DNA of 64,000 nt from an uncultured Planctomycetota bacterium (GTDB lineage Bacteria > Planctomycetota > Planctomycetia > Isosphaerales > Isosphaeraceae), in the NCBI GenBank assembly GCA_963823665.1, contig CAWGMQ010000004.1:32001-96000 (forward strand). Reading direction: 5' to 3'. Of this stretch, positions 1-11,633 are shown piece after piece. How positions within the stretch are numbered: position 1 is the first letter of the stretch; every line of letters begins with the position of its first letter. The position numbers and the translations under genes are program-made. The notes under the pieces are model-generated. The model was not told the origin of the DNA. It ran no database searches and worked only from the letters and a program-made list of their open reading frames with translations.

Positions 1-2922
1 TCTCGAGCAACTCGAGTCTCGGTGGCGCCGGCGGCGGCGGCGGCTTGGGTATGTACGTGTCAATCAGCGGCCACAGGGTTGCTGGACATAGTGGCCACGG
101 CGGCAACGGCGGCAATGGCGGCAACGGCGCCCTGGGCGGCGCGGGCGGGGCCGGCGGGATCTATAACTCACTGGGCACGATCACCCCGACGAATTCCACA
201 CTCGCCTTTAACACGGCATCCGCTGGCGAGGGCGGCGCTGCGGGCGCGGCTGGGCCCTATGGATGGGGCGGCGGAACCGGCGGCGGCCACAGCGCCGCCA
301 GCAAAATTGGCCTATCCGGCGCCGGCGGCGTAGGCGCCAGCGGCGGCTCGGCCAGCGGCGGCGGGATGTACACTGTCACCGGTGGGACGACCCTCGTGAA
401 CGACACCGTCGCCGACAATTCCGTCTCCGCCGGATCGGGCCAGGGTGCGGGCGGTCTCGGCTCGGCGACCGGCGGCGGGCTTTCGATCAGCGGCAGCTCC
501 ACCGTCACGATCGCCAATTTGCTGATCGCGAAGAACATCCAGACCGGCGGCGATATCGACGGCACGGTCACCTCCCTTGGACATAACCTGGTGGGCGTGG
601 TCGACTCGAACACGATCGGGTTGGTCAGCTCCGACTTGACCGGCAACGTCTACTCTCCCGAGAACCCCGGCTTGAGCACGACACTGGCCGACAACGGGGG
701 CCCGACCCAGACCTTGGCCCTGCTTGTCGGCAGCCCCGCGATCGACGCGGGCAGCAACGCCCTCGCCGTAGGTCCCGGAGGCGCGAGCCTCCTCTTCGAC
801 CAACGCGGGGCCGGCTACTCGCGCATCGTGGGGGGGACGGTGGATATCGGCGCCTATCAGGCTGACCCGGCCATGCAGATCGCCTCCGGCTCGGGACAGA
901 TCGTAGCAACGAACACCAACTTCGCGAGCGCTTTATCGGTGGAAGTGACCCTGGGCGGGGAACCGGATCCCAATGTGTCGGTTACCTTCACAGCCCCGCA
1001 AATCGGCATCGGCGGCACCTTCGCCACAGGCGGGATGTTCATAGTTAAAGTGCTCACCAACTCGAGCGGTATTGCCGACGCGGGTTACTTCACAGCCAAC
1101 AACAGCGTTGGCAGCTATACGGTCACGGCCTCGATCGCCGGCGGCGCATCGGAAAGCTTCAATCTCACAAACGGGAATGCGACCACCGTCAGTAGTGTGT
1201 CCGGCTCGGGCGTGCAGAATGGGAGCGCCACGCTGACCGCCCTTCTGGAGCAGAGCAGCAATCATGCGAACCTCGCGGGCGAGACGATCGCGTTCGAGCT
1301 CAACGGCAACGCGGTCGGCGCGGCCACGACGAATCAGAGCGGCGTGGCCACCCTGAAAGTCACTCTCGGGTCGCTCGCGGCCGGCACCGATGACGTGACG
1401 GCCACCTTCGCGGGCACCGGGTTCGACGCGGGCTCAACGGCGGCCGGCACCCTCACGGTCGCGGCCTACGGGAGTCCGTCAAAGATTAATGCCAGCCAGG
1501 GCACTCCCCAGTCCGCAGTCGTCGGAACCACCTTCGCCACCCCGCTCGAGGCGACCGTTCTGGACGCCCTTGGCAATCTCGTCCCGAATGTAACCGTCAC
1601 CTTCACCGCCCCGGCAAACGCGGCCAGCGGCACCTTCGGCAGCAGCAAGACTTCGACGTACACGGCGACCACCAACTCGAGAGGCATTGCCGAAGCGGCC
1701 TCCTTTACAGCCAACGGCACCACGGGCAGCGACACGGTCAAGGCCTCGATCCCCGGCAACGTGTCGACCAGCTTCAACCTGACGAATACGTACGAGACCA
1801 GCATCACGGATGTGTCCGGCTCGGGCGTGCACGATGGGAGTGCAACTCTGACCGCCGAGCTGGAGCGTACCAGTACGGGTGCGAACCTCTCAGGGCAGAC
1901 GATCACGTTCGCTTTGGACGGCAAGTCGGTCGGCTCGTCCCTGACGAACAGCGCCGGCGTGGCGACCTTCAGTGCCGGGCTCGGGTCGCTCGTGGCCGGC
2001 ACCTACACGAGCGACGTGACGGCCACCTTCGCGGGCGCGGGGCCGAGTGGCGGCTCCACGGCGACCGGCACTCTGACGGTCCTGCTCTACGGCCCACCGG
2101 CTCAGATCTCCGTCAAAGCGGGAGCGCCTCAGTCCGCCGTCATCGGGACCGCCTTTGCCACCGCGATGGAGGTGGAGTCTCACGGACGCCGAGGGCAACG
2201 CGGTGCCCGGTGTGACCGTCACCTTCTCTGCCCCGACCTCGGGCGCCAGCGGCACCTTCGCGAGCGGTTTAACTACGATCAAGGAGAGCACCAGCAGGTA
2301 CGGTTTCGCCAGCGCGAGCAGCTTCCTTGCCAACGGCACGATCGGCACCTATTCGGTCACGGCCTCGATTGCGAGTAGTTCGAGTAATCTGTCCGTCAGT
2401 CTGAAGCTGACGAACTCCGCCCTTCCGACCACGCTTTCCGCCGTTTCCGGCGCGGGCACCCAGGGAGGGACCGCCAATCTGACCGCGACTTTGGAGCAGA
2501 GCAGCAACAAGACGAAGCTCGCGGGTGAGACGATCGTGTTCGCTCTGAACGGCGAGTCAGTCGGCGTGGCCGTGACGAACAGCCAGGGTGTGGCAACCCT
2601 GACTGTTGGGATCGGGATATTGCCGGCGGGCACCTACGCAGATGACGTCACCGCGAGCTTCTCGGGCGCAGGGCTCTACGCCGCATCGGTGGCCAGCGGC
2701 ACACTGATGGTCCAGGGGACGAGTCCATTCTTTCAGGTCGCGAGCGTGGCGCGGGTCGTGAACCCACCCGCACCCGGCTCGGTCACGACGCTCTCGGCCG
2801 TCGACCAGGTGCTCGAGTCGGAATCGATCTTGGGCTTTTCGGGCCCCGCCACGCTCACGCGACCGAGCGTCAAGCTCGGTCAATCGCCCGTCAATTCCAA
2901 GGTCATTCGCATAAATTATTGA
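1..2922 (+). CDS. Large surface/adhesin-like protein (5'-partial): Gly-rich region, choice-of-anchor-Q-like segment, tandem Ig-like (invasin/Big-type) domains; one frameshift near 2175
   Basis: Frame is open from the window start. 'LADNGGPTQTLALLVGSPAIDAG...DQRG...RIVGGTVDIGAYQ' is a typical choice-of-anchor-Q motif. Three repeats of a two-domain unit follow (PQSAVVGTTFATPL...FNLTN + VSGSG...ATLTA.LE...TLTV). ORF 45-2378 continues in ORF 2155-2922. Confidence 0.8.
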
Positions 2923-2933
2923 TCTTCGATCGG

Positions 2934-3038
2934 AAAAAGGTGTCAGGAACCAAAAACAACCGTTTTCTCGCATGGCGCACGCCCAGCCTGCCAAGCTCCC
3001 GGCGCTTCCACGGTTGAAGTTGGTCTCGTACCTGACAC
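2934..3038. repeat. Imperfect inverted repeat, REP-like extragenic element
   Basis: AAAAAGGTGTCAGGAACC (2934-2951) and GTACCTGACAC (3028-3038) are near reverse complements. They lie just downstream of the adhesin stop. Confidence 0.4.
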
Positions 3039-3138
3039 AGATGTCCTTGCTCAAAGGCGGTTGTCACCCCCGGGTGTGCTCGAAGCCAACAGAATCCGAG
3101 ATAGCCGGAACCAGGGCCGCGGAAGGGCTTGGAATCGC

Positions 3139-3366
3139 GTCGATCCCACACAGGGACACGAGCAGAAGGGACGTCGGCCGGTCCTGATCGTCTCTCCAGA
3201 CGCGTTTAACCGCATGACGAAAGTGCCGGTTGTTCTAGCCATCACCAGCGCTGGAAACTTCGCACGGACGGCGGGATTTGCAGTGCCGCTCCAAGGTGCC
3301 GGGACCAAAACCACGGGCATTATCCGCTGCGACCTGCCCCACGCGCTCGATCTCGGTGCGCGCGGC
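3139..3366 (+). pseudogene. pemK: PemK/MazF-family toxin fragment (both termini missing)
   Basis: VDPTQGHEQKGRRPVLIVSPDAFNRMTKVPVVLAITSAGNFARTAGFAVPL...TTGIIRCDLP..LDLGARG closely matches the PemK core. The N-terminal 'RGEIW' strand and the C-terminal helix are absent, and no antitoxin is adjacent. Confidence 0.85.
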
Positions 3367-3692
3367 ATGGTACAACTCGACGACGCGCGGAGCGAATCCT
3401 CCAGGAGCGACCAAACACGCGTTTTCAGGAGCCCGGCGGCCAAACAGCGGACGATGGATTCTCGATGTGCGTCGAGGCCGGCCCATTCCTCTTCGGCATG
3501 CCGGAGGAATATGCGCGAGGCAAAGCCGCGGAATTCCCAAACGAGGGCGGTCCTGTTATCCTGGCAGTTGAAGTACCGCAGCACATTATCGCGAGGGCGA
3601 TTAACATCCAGCTCGCAGCGAATCCGGTTGATGCGAATCCAGCAGGAGAATCAGGCGGACGTCCTGCACCTTTCACACCAACCCGGCCCTGA
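3366..3692 (+). pseudogene. Fragment of a small ADP-ribosyltransferase-like protein
   Basis: Same frame as ORF 3465-3692, read from 3366: HGTTRRRAERIL...DDGFSM...EEYARGKA...GGPVILAVEVP. The HGT / GF / YA / IL.V.VP layout resembles the ART fold. There is no start codon before HGT. Confidence 0.45.
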
Positions 3693-3802
3693 CTCCGTCC
3701 CGCGATTCCGGAAAGCCGCCGCGCTGACTAAAGTGCCCAAGAAGCCCGCGGGCGAGGCGTAGAACCTCTCTCCGCCATTTTGATTCCGAAGCGCGCCAAA
3801 GA

Positions 3803-6759
3803 ATGACCGTCCAGGCCAGGCAGAGCGAAGATCGTGCAGCGTGGGATTCTTTTTTCAGTGTGTGGGGCCGTGACGATAGCCGCGGCCTGGTTCGCAGTCC
3901 ATTGTGTAGAGCGATGGTGGCTGCGCAGCGAGCTGGGCCGCGCCAGCGTGAATTCGCTGCGGAAAACACACCTGCCGCCAAGGCACGCCTCGCGCGCCTG
4001 GTGAAGCGATGGCCGGCTCAGAGCGACGTGCTTTACTGGCTGGCCGCCTGCGAAAGGGCCGAGGGCCACACCGAGCAAGCGCTCGAGATCTGGGGCCGCA
4101 TTCCCGACGACGCGCCGGAAGCGATGATCGCCGCCCTTTCGCGGGGACGGCTCGCCGCCGAGACCGGCCATTATGCGATCGCCGAGCCAAGCCTCGAGCG
4201 CGCAAGTCACGCCTCCGGCGACATTGGACGAGAAGCACGATCGCTGCTAGGCCGCCTGCACCGGATGATTGGACGGCACGACCTGTATCGCGAACAGCTT
4301 CGCCGCGATGCCCAACGAGAGCGTGATCCCTCGGCCACGCTGCGCGCCCTCTGGGAGGTGGAGCACAACGCAATTCCGATCGCCCAAACGACCGAAGCAC
4401 TTGCGCAGGCCCGCCGCGCCGCGCCCAACGACGATCGCGTATGGCTGGCCCTGGCAAACCTGGCAACACGCTCGGACCGCATCTCTGCGGCCGGCGACCT
4501 GCTCGATCGTTGCGAGCAAACGCGGCCGGCGGACGTCTCGGTCTGGCTGGCGCGACTCGATTGGGCGCAGGCCGCCGGCCGACGGGACGAAGTTCTCCGC
4601 GCCGCATCTCACCTGAGCGAGACCGTTCTGAGCCGCAGCGAAGCGCTCGCGCTTCGCGCGTGGGTGGCCGCGCGTGAAGGAGCCCCGCACGACGAAGAAT
4701 CGGCCCTCCTCGAGCTCGTCGCGCTCGAGCCGTCACACCCGGTGGCGCTTGAGCGGCTGGCGGACCTCGCTGCCGCGCAGGGCAAACGGGAGCGCGTCGC
4801 CGAGCTGAGACGGCAGAAAACGGCTTCCGATGCCGCCCGTGATCGTTACCAGGTTCTCGTGAACCTCCCGGATGCGCCGTCGCACGCAGCCGAGCTGGCT
4901 CGGCTCGCCACTCAAATCGATCGACCGTTCGAAGCCAGGATGTGGTGGTCGCTCGCCTCCAGACTCGACCCGGCAGCCCAGGCCGAGGCGACTGCGGCAC
5001 TGGCTCGTCTGGCGAAACTCGAGGCAGACGCTCTGCCCGCAAGAGCCGTCGGCTCACTTACCCTTGCGGAACTGCTCGGGCACGCTCGTCGTGCCGGCGC
5101 AAAGCAGCCGCAATTGGCCGGTACTCGTTCGATTCCCCACTTCACGGATGAGGCCCAGCGATGGGGTGTCGTCTTCACGTTCGACAACGGCCAGAGCGAC
5201 CACCGCCATCTTCCCGAGACCATGAGCGGCGGAGTCGCCTTGCTCGACTTCGATGGGGACGGATGGCTTGATATTTATGCTGTGCAAGGCGGTCCATTTC
5301 CTCCTCCCTCGGATCGACCGGCACCCTTCGGTGACCGGCTCTTTCGCAACCGAGGAGGCCGCCGATTCGAGGATGCCACGGCTTCTTCGGGCTTGCGCGG
5401 CCTCCCGGGCGGATATGGTCACGCCGCGGCCGTCGGCGACTACGACAATGACGGCCGGCCCGACGTCCTTGTCACTCGCTGGAGATCGTACGCGCTGTAC
5501 CACAACATCGGCAATGGCCGGTTCGAAGACGCCACGGCCAGATCGGGCCTCGGAAATGCGACTGACTGGCCCATCTCAGCGGCATGGGCCGACCTCGACA
5601 ATGACGGAGACCTCGATCTTTACGTCTGCCATTACTTGAAATACGACCCGGAGACGGCGCCGATCTGCCGCTACCGCGACAATCCGGCAGTCGTGCCGTG
5701 CGATCCGCGGAGCTTCGCCGCACTGCCTGACCACGTGTTCCGCAACGACGGCAACCGGTTCGTCGACGTGACGGAGCAGGCGGGTATCATCGACCGGAAC
5801 GGCCGAGGAATGGGCGTCGTCGCCGCTGATCTCGACTCCGACGGCAAGGTCGATCTGTTCGTCGCGAACGACACCACGGCGAATTATTTCTTTCGCAACC
5901 TGGGCGGCTTTCGATTTGTAGAGCAAGCGCAGGAAGCCGGGTTGGCGTCAAATTCCGCGGGCGGGTACCTTGCGGGGATGGGCGTGGCCTGCGGCGATCT
6001 TGACGGCGACGGCCGCCTCGACCTGGCCGTGACCAACTTCCTTGGTGAATCCACGACGCTTTACCACAACCACGGAGACGGCCTGTTCACTGACCGAACG
6101 ACCGCGGCCGGACTGGCCGCACCGACTCGCTTCGTCCTGGGTTTCGGGCTGGCCATGCTCGACTCGAACAACGACGGACACCTTGATCTGGCGCAAGCAA
6201 ATGGCCATATAGGCGACTATCGCCCTGCACTTCCCTACGCGATGCCCGCTCAGCTTTTTCTTGGCGACGGTACCGGAAAACTCGTTGAAGTCTCCGGTCG
6301 CGCGGGGGCGCCGTGGGCGGTCGAGCGCCTTCGCGCGGGTTGGCAACGGGCGACCTCGACAACGACGGCCGTGTCGACATCGTGCTCGTATCGCAGAACG
6401 CTCCGCTCGCCGTTCTTCACAACCAGCCTGGTGCCGAGGATCTCGATCGGGCTCGACGTGAAGCTCACTTCGTGGTGATCCAGCTCGAGGGCAAGGCGTC
6501 AAACCGTGATGCGATTGGTGCAAAGGTTCGTCTCACCGCCGCGGGGCTGACGCAGTTCGCGGAGCGATCGGGCGGTGGCAGCTACGCCTCGTCGAGCGAT
6601 AAGCGTCTGCATTTCGGGCTCGGAACGAACCAGGTTGTCGACCGCATCGAGGTCATCTGGCCTACGGGCCAGCGTGATCGGTTCGAGCGCCTCGCGGCCG
6701 ACACCGGATACCGTCTGCTCGAGGGCAGCTCGACCGCGATTCCTTTGCTGGGATTCTGA
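3803..6759 (+). CDS. TPR + CRTAC1-family FG-GAP/VCBS repeat protein with C-terminal ASPIC/UnbV domain; frameshift near 6320
   Basis: TPR-like N-half, then 'PETMSGGVALLDFDGDGWLDIY' and repeated DxDxDGxxD motifs. The ASPIC tail 'GGGSYASSSDKRLHFGLG' is in ORF 6313-6759. Confidence 0.9.
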
Positions 6760-6824
6760 TCTCTCCCGCCCGCGAGCCCGCCACGGCCATAGCGCGAACT
6801 GCGTGCATGGATCCTCTGGCGTGG

Positions 6825-7613
6825 TCAGCCGACCCGAGTCCGCCGCCGGCGAAGACGCGCGGCGCCGAAGACGGTAAGCGTTCCCACGAGCGCAAGCACC
6901 AGCGTCGACGGCTCGGGTACCGAGCTCACGATGATCCCATCCACGCCCATCGAGAAGTTAGCCGGGGATGGGATCAAATTGTTGGTGACTGGCTCGAAAT
7001 ATGTCACGCCTACGTTGGGGTCCGTGCTCGTAAAGAACGACATGTCGCTCGTCCCCGGCTGCACATTAATCGAGTTTGTCCCGTCGGTGTTCGTGATATA
7101 CGACGAGCCGTCGGCACTATCGATCGGGATCACGCTGAGCCAGTAAGTCGTGCCAGCAGCACCTCCGGAGAGCGTGATGCCCGTCAGGCCCGATACGGCA
7201 ATAGTGTACTCCTGCAGGCCGAATCCATTCCGGCCCGTCGCCGACTGGCTCGCGGAATCGGTTCCCGAGTAAAGCAGGTTGCCACCAACGCCTGACATGA
7301 CTCCCGAGCGAATCTCCCAGTAGGCGGTCGTCACGCTCGTTGTCATCACGTTGTTCGAAAAGACGCTCGAAATTGACCACGTCTGTCCTGCTGGGACAAT
7401 GAAGTCGGCGTAGACGGCGGAATACGTGCTCGGCGAACCGACTGTGAGTTCATTCACTAGCGCATTCGGCGGAATATTCATGTTGTTCACATTGAAATCA
7501 CCGTTGTACCACAGCGTCGAGTCAGCCCTCGCCCCGCCAGCGCTCACCCAGAGCCCAATGGCCGCCATGGCCAGGCCCAGCCACAGCGGGCGGGTCATCG
7601 CAATCGTTCTCAT
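6825..7613 (-). CDS. PEP-CTERM sorting domain protein
   Basis: Signal peptide ending ARA-D. C-terminal VPEPST, hydrophobic helix and RLRRRR tail. Confidence 0.92.
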   Translation of the reverse strand: MRTIAMTRPLWLGLAMAAIGLWVSAGGARADSTLWYNGDFNVNNMNIPPNALVNELTVGSPSTYSAVYADFIVPAGQTWSISSVFSNNVMTTSVTTAYWEIRSGVMSGVGGNLLYSGTDSASQSATGRNGFGLQEYTIAVSGLTGITLSGGAAGTTYWLSVIPIDSADGSSYITNTDGTNSINVQPGTSDMSFFTSTDPNVGVTYFEPVTNNLIPSPANFSMGVDGIIVSSVPEPSTLVLALVGTLTVFGAARLRRRRTRVG

Positions 7614-7818
7614 CGTATGTTTACCTTGGGTATGCCGAACGTTCGGAACACAAACGGAACGATCCTAAACGAACGACATGCACACGTCGAGCCTGTGTGG
7701 TCCGAATTCAACATCCACAAGGCCTCATCGCGCAAGGCCAGGCAGCGCCGGTCATTTTGAACGAGCGTTGATCACCGGCGGCGTCCACTTGACGCTTCAG
7801 AACCGTCCGTCCCCCCGC

Positions 7819-8425
7819 TCAGCCGGCTGACCCGGCCCCACTCCTCTCCCGCCTCCCCCAGAACCAGAAGGTTGCCGCCCCGCCCACCAGGCCCGCCAGG
7901 AGCGCGAAAAGGGAGTGGCCGATGCGCAGAAACTGGTCGAGGTTCGCGGCTCCGGGAAGGGCGGCGCGCCAGCGGTTGACAGGCTCCATCGTGGCGAGCA
8001 GGTCTGCGCCGGGAGTGGAATAATAGACACTTTTGGACACCGTTCCACTGTTGGCCGTTCCATCGATCATTACGACTCGGTACAGGATGGAGCTCTGGTC
8101 GACCCGGGACACCTCGAAGGTCGCAATCGAGGAGCTGACAACCCTCGCGTGTACGTATTCCAATAAGTGCGTCGTGCTGAGTCGGGAGCGCAAGGGGCTG
8201 AGGCAGACGGACAGGTACGCGCAGCCAAGCACCGCGAAACCCAACCACCATACGCGCTCCCGACCCCGGAGCAGAATCGCCCACAGTCCGGCGACGCAAA
8301 GAAGCCCAACGGCGAGCATCATCATCACCCTGGCCCACAACTCATTGGCGTTCCTCAGAGCGGCTAAATAAACGGCGGCACCCTGCGATTAAGGCCATCA
8401 GGATGCGGATCGAAAAGTGGCGCAT
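7819..8425 (-). CDS. Multi-pass membrane hypothetical protein (frameshift near 8382)
   Basis: ATG at 8425 gives MRHFSIRILMALIA. After an indel it joins AAVYLAALRNANELWAR... of ORF 7819-8340. About four hydrophobic segments. Confidence 0.7.
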
Positions 8426-8651
8426 AGTGCCTCCTGACGGGTGCTCGATACTTCCGACCGAGGCCGTGCTGAAACGGGGCGTTTTGTGGAATGTACGCTC
8501 TCTAGCCCATGCGTTACACCCTGGATTTGACGTCAGTCATCGCTTGGAGTTTCAGATTCCGCTGTTTCCTCCCGATTCTTGAACGCGCCAAACAGTCCCG
8601 GACACTATCCTGAAGAGAGCATCCCGCGGTCGCACCGAGGAGCATCATCGA

Positions 8652-11633
8652 ATGGACAGCGAACCGTCCCGCGCCATCCTCCGAGACATCCACACACTCT
8701 ACACCCTCGGCACAATGGGCGGCCGGACCGACGCCGAGCTGCTGGAGCGGTTCCTCGCGCGCCGCGACAGCGACGCCCACGACGCGTTTGCGACCCTGGT
8801 CGCGCGCCATGGGCCGATGGTGCTGGGAGTGTGCCGACGTATGCTACCGGCCTCTCACGATGCGGAAGACGCCTTCCAGGCGACTTTCCTCGTCCTCGCG
8901 CGGCGGGCCGCGTCGATCGTGCGGAAAGAGCGAGTGGCGAGCTGGCTCTACGGTGTCGCGGTGCGTACCGCCCAGGTCGCCCGGCGCCGCGCCGCCCGGC
9001 AGCGCGCAGGGGAGAGGCGACTGATGAATGAGACGCCCGAGGCCAAGCCGGAATCCGCGGACGACCGGGACGACCTGCTCCCGATCCTGGACGAGGAGCT
9101 GAACCGCCTGCCGCACCGCTACCGGGTCGCGCTCGTGGCCTGCGAAATCGAGGGCAAGCCGCGGCGCGAGGCGGCTCGGCAACTCGGCATCCCCGAGGGT
9201 ACCCTGTCCACCCACCTGGCGCGCGGACGGAAATTGCTCCGCGACCGGTTGCAGCGCCGCGGGTTCACCCTCGGCATCGGGCCGATCGCGGGGCTCGCCG
9301 GCCCGCTCACCGAGATCATGCTCCCCGAGCACTTGATCGGACCGACCGTCCGGGCTTCCCTGATTGATTCCTCGGCAGCCGGTGCAACAACGATCGTTAG
9401 CACGGCCGTCTTATCCCTGGCGGAAAGGGTGCTCAAGATGCTGTTCCTGGCACGGTTGAGTCTGGTCGTGGCGACCCTCGCGACGGTCGTCGCGGCAATG
9501 GCGACGGCGGTCGCGCTCGGTTGGTCGCCGAAGGCCGCGGAATCCCCGCAACCCGATTCGACGCGTGCCCGCCCGGCGGATCAGGCCGGCCCGGCGAAGG
9601 ATCGATACGGCGATCTCCTTCCCGACGGCACGGTGGCGCGGCTGGGTACCATCCGGTTCCGCGGCGGCGACCGGCCGGTGAACGCCATGCGCTTTTCGCC
9701 CGACGGCCAGACCCTCCTCACGGTTAGCGAGGACTTCCTCGTTCACCTCTGGGAGACGAAGACCGGCCGGCTCCTCCATGAATTCCTCCCGGGTTCCGGC
9801 TCCGCCTCGAGCAACCCCTGCATTGCCTTTTCGCCCGACGGCAAGCAGATCGCCCTGTCCGGCTCGGAACGTGCTCAGGGCGACAAGCCCGGATATGATC
9901 CGGTCGGTCTCGTCGTGGACGCGGTGACCGGCAAGGAAGTAAGGCGGCTCCCGATGAGAGACCGCGACAGCGATCTCGCCCTGGCCTTCACGCCCGACGG
10001 GAAATCCTTGATCTCGCTGCGGAACAGCGGCGTTGTCCGCATCGAGCAGATCGCGTCGGGCGTGGAGCTCCTCCATCGGAATTTCCGCCGCGACGGCACC
10101 GGCTCGCTGGTCCTGTCGCCCGATGGCAAGCTCGTGGCGATATGGACCGGCGCCAATACCCGAAAGCTCTACCTGTGGGACTGGCACGGAGCCGGCGAGC
10201 CTCGGGAGTTGAAGGTGCCGCGGCAGAGAGTCGATTGTCTGGTCTTCTCCCCCGACGGCACGGCCCTGCTCGCTTGCGACGATCTTGAACCGTTCGTGTA
10301 CGAGTGGGACGTGACTACGGGTGATTTGAAGCATCAGATCGAGGTGCGCGACGATATCCACCCCAATGGCCTGGCCGTCTCTCCCGATGGCCAGACGATC
10401 GCGGTCACCGATTACGGCAACCAGCGCGGCAAGAATTTCAGCGGGGGCGTGCTGCTGCTGGAGCGCGGGACCGGGAAGCTCTTGCGCGAGTTGCCGACCC
10501 CCGGCACGTCGGCCAAACAGGTCGCCTTCTCGCCCGATGGCCGCTGGCTGGCGGCCGTCGGTGGAGTCGGCGTCCATGTCTGGGACTGGCGAATCGGCGA
10601 GGAAGTGGCGGCAGGCTCCGCCGGTCATCGTGGCACGATCGGTCAAATCGCGACGGTGCCCGGCGATCTCATCGCCACCGCCAGCGACGATCACACGGTC
10701 CGAATCTGGGATGCCACCACCGGCATCGAGCGCCGGCGATTGCAGCACGGTCACTGGGTGCGGGCCATCGCGGTCTCGCCCGACGGCCAGTTCCTGGCCT
10801 CGTCCAGCCTCGATAATTCCGTCCGCCTGTGGGAAATCTCGAGCGGCAAGGATGTCTTCAAGCTGCCCGGACACGGGTCGCACGGCGGCCATCGCACGGT
10901 CGGCTTCACGCCGGACAGCCGGCGTTTTCTCTCCTATGGCGACGACCTGTACCTGCGAATCTGGGACGTCCGAACAGGGAAGGCACTGGCCGAGAACGCG
11001 GTGCGGCCGCCCGGTGTTGCGGAGCCAGGCGACTTCCCCCCAAACGATCCTGCGAGACGCATGACGATGATGCTGGGCCCCGCCGCCTTCACCCCGGACG
11101 GTCAGCAGCTCGTCGCAAACGTGGGGGGATCTTTCCATATCATCGAGACGGCGACCGGCCGGGTCGAGAAGAGTGTGGACCATCCCGGCGGCCATGTCAT
11201 CTCGCTGGCCATCGCGCCGGACGGCCGCACCTTCGCCACCAGCGGCTGGGGCCGGCCCATCCGCAGGAACCTCCCGGACGGGCGAGTTCAATCGACCACG
11301 CCCAATCATCACCCGGTCTGCCTGTTCGAGCTGGCAACCGGCAGGCTGGTTCGCGAGCTGGAGATGCCGACGAACGCCGCCGGGCCGGTGGCGTTCTCGG
11401 CCGGCGGCAAGCTCCTGGCGATCGGCTTCGGCCGGGGCCGCGGCGAGGTGCGCCTGATGGACCTGGCCACGTGGGCAACCGTCGCCGAGCTCACGGATTT
11501 CGGCTCCAAGCCGCACGTCATGACCTTCTCCGCCGACGGGAAATCACTCATCACCGGCCTGAACGACGGGACAGCCCTGGTCTGGGACTTGGCTCGCGTG
11601 CTTGCCCGGGGGGCGCCGAAGGAGGAGCGATGA
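8652..11633 (+). CDS. ECF sigma-70 factor fused to a TM segment and a WD40 beta-propeller extension
   Basis: Region 2 'RHGPMVLGVCRRML...DAEDAFQATFLVLAR' and region 4 'EAARQLGIPEGTLSTHLARGR'. A hydrophobic helix is followed by many FSPDG/WD repeats. Confidence 0.93.
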   Translation: MDSEPSRAILRDIHTLYTLGTMGGRTDAELLERFLARRDSDAHDAFATLVARHGPMVLGVCRRMLPASHDAEDAFQATFLVLARRAASIVRKERVASWLYGVAVRTAQVARRRAARQRAGERRLMNETPEAKPESADDRDDLLPILDEELNRLPHRYRVALVACEIEGKPRREAARQLGIPEGTLSTHLARGRKLLRDRLQRRGFTLGIGPIAGLAGPLTEIMLPEHLIGPTVRASLIDSSAAGATTIVSTAVLSLAERVLKMLFLARLSLVVATLATVVAAMATAVALGWSPKAAESPQPDSTRARPADQAGPAKDRYGDLLPDGTVARLGTIRFRGGDRPVNAMRFSPDGQTLLTVSEDFLVHLWETKTGRLLHEFLPGSGSASSNPCIAFSPDGKQIALSGSERAQGDKPGYDPVGLVVDAVTGKEVRRLPMRDRDSDLALAFTPDGKSLISLRNSGVVRIEQIASGVELLHRNFRRDGTGSLVLSPDGKLVAIWTGANTRKLYLWDWHGAGEPRELKVPRQRVDCLVFSPDGTALLACDDLEPFVYEWDVTTGDLKHQIEVRDDIHPNGLAVSPDGQTIAVTDYGNQRGKNFSGGVLLLERGTGKLLRELPTPGTSAKQVAFSPDGRWLAAVGGVGVHVWDWRIGEEVAAGSAGHRGTIGQIATVPGDLIATASDDHTVRIWDATTGIERRRLQHGHWVRAIAVSPDGQFLASSSLDNSVRLWEISSGKDVFKLPGHGSHGGHRTVGFTPDSRRFLSYGDDLYLRIWDVRTGKALAENAVRPPGVAEPGDFPPNDPARRMTMMLGPAAFTPDGQQLVANVGGSFHIIETATGRVEKSVDHPGGHVISLAIAPDGRTFATSGWGRPIRRNLPDGRVQSTTPNHHPVCLFELATGRLVRELEMPTNAAGPVAFSAGGKLLAIGFGRGRGEVRLMDLATWATVAELTDFGSKPHVMTFSADGKSLITGLNDGTALVWDLARVLARGAPKEER

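Noticed and set aside
3061..3762. 233-aa ORF as an intact toxin gene
   Set aside because: Only 3139-3366 resembles PemK. The flanks look non-coding or out of frame.
9411..11516. 701-aa minus-strand ORF
   Set aside because: Antisense shadow of the ECF-WD40 gene in high-GC DNA, with no motifs.
10829..11629. N-terminal extension of the 693-aa ORF 10829-12910
   Set aside because: Overlaps the ECF gene in another frame. The real start is the ATG at 11630 with an RBS.
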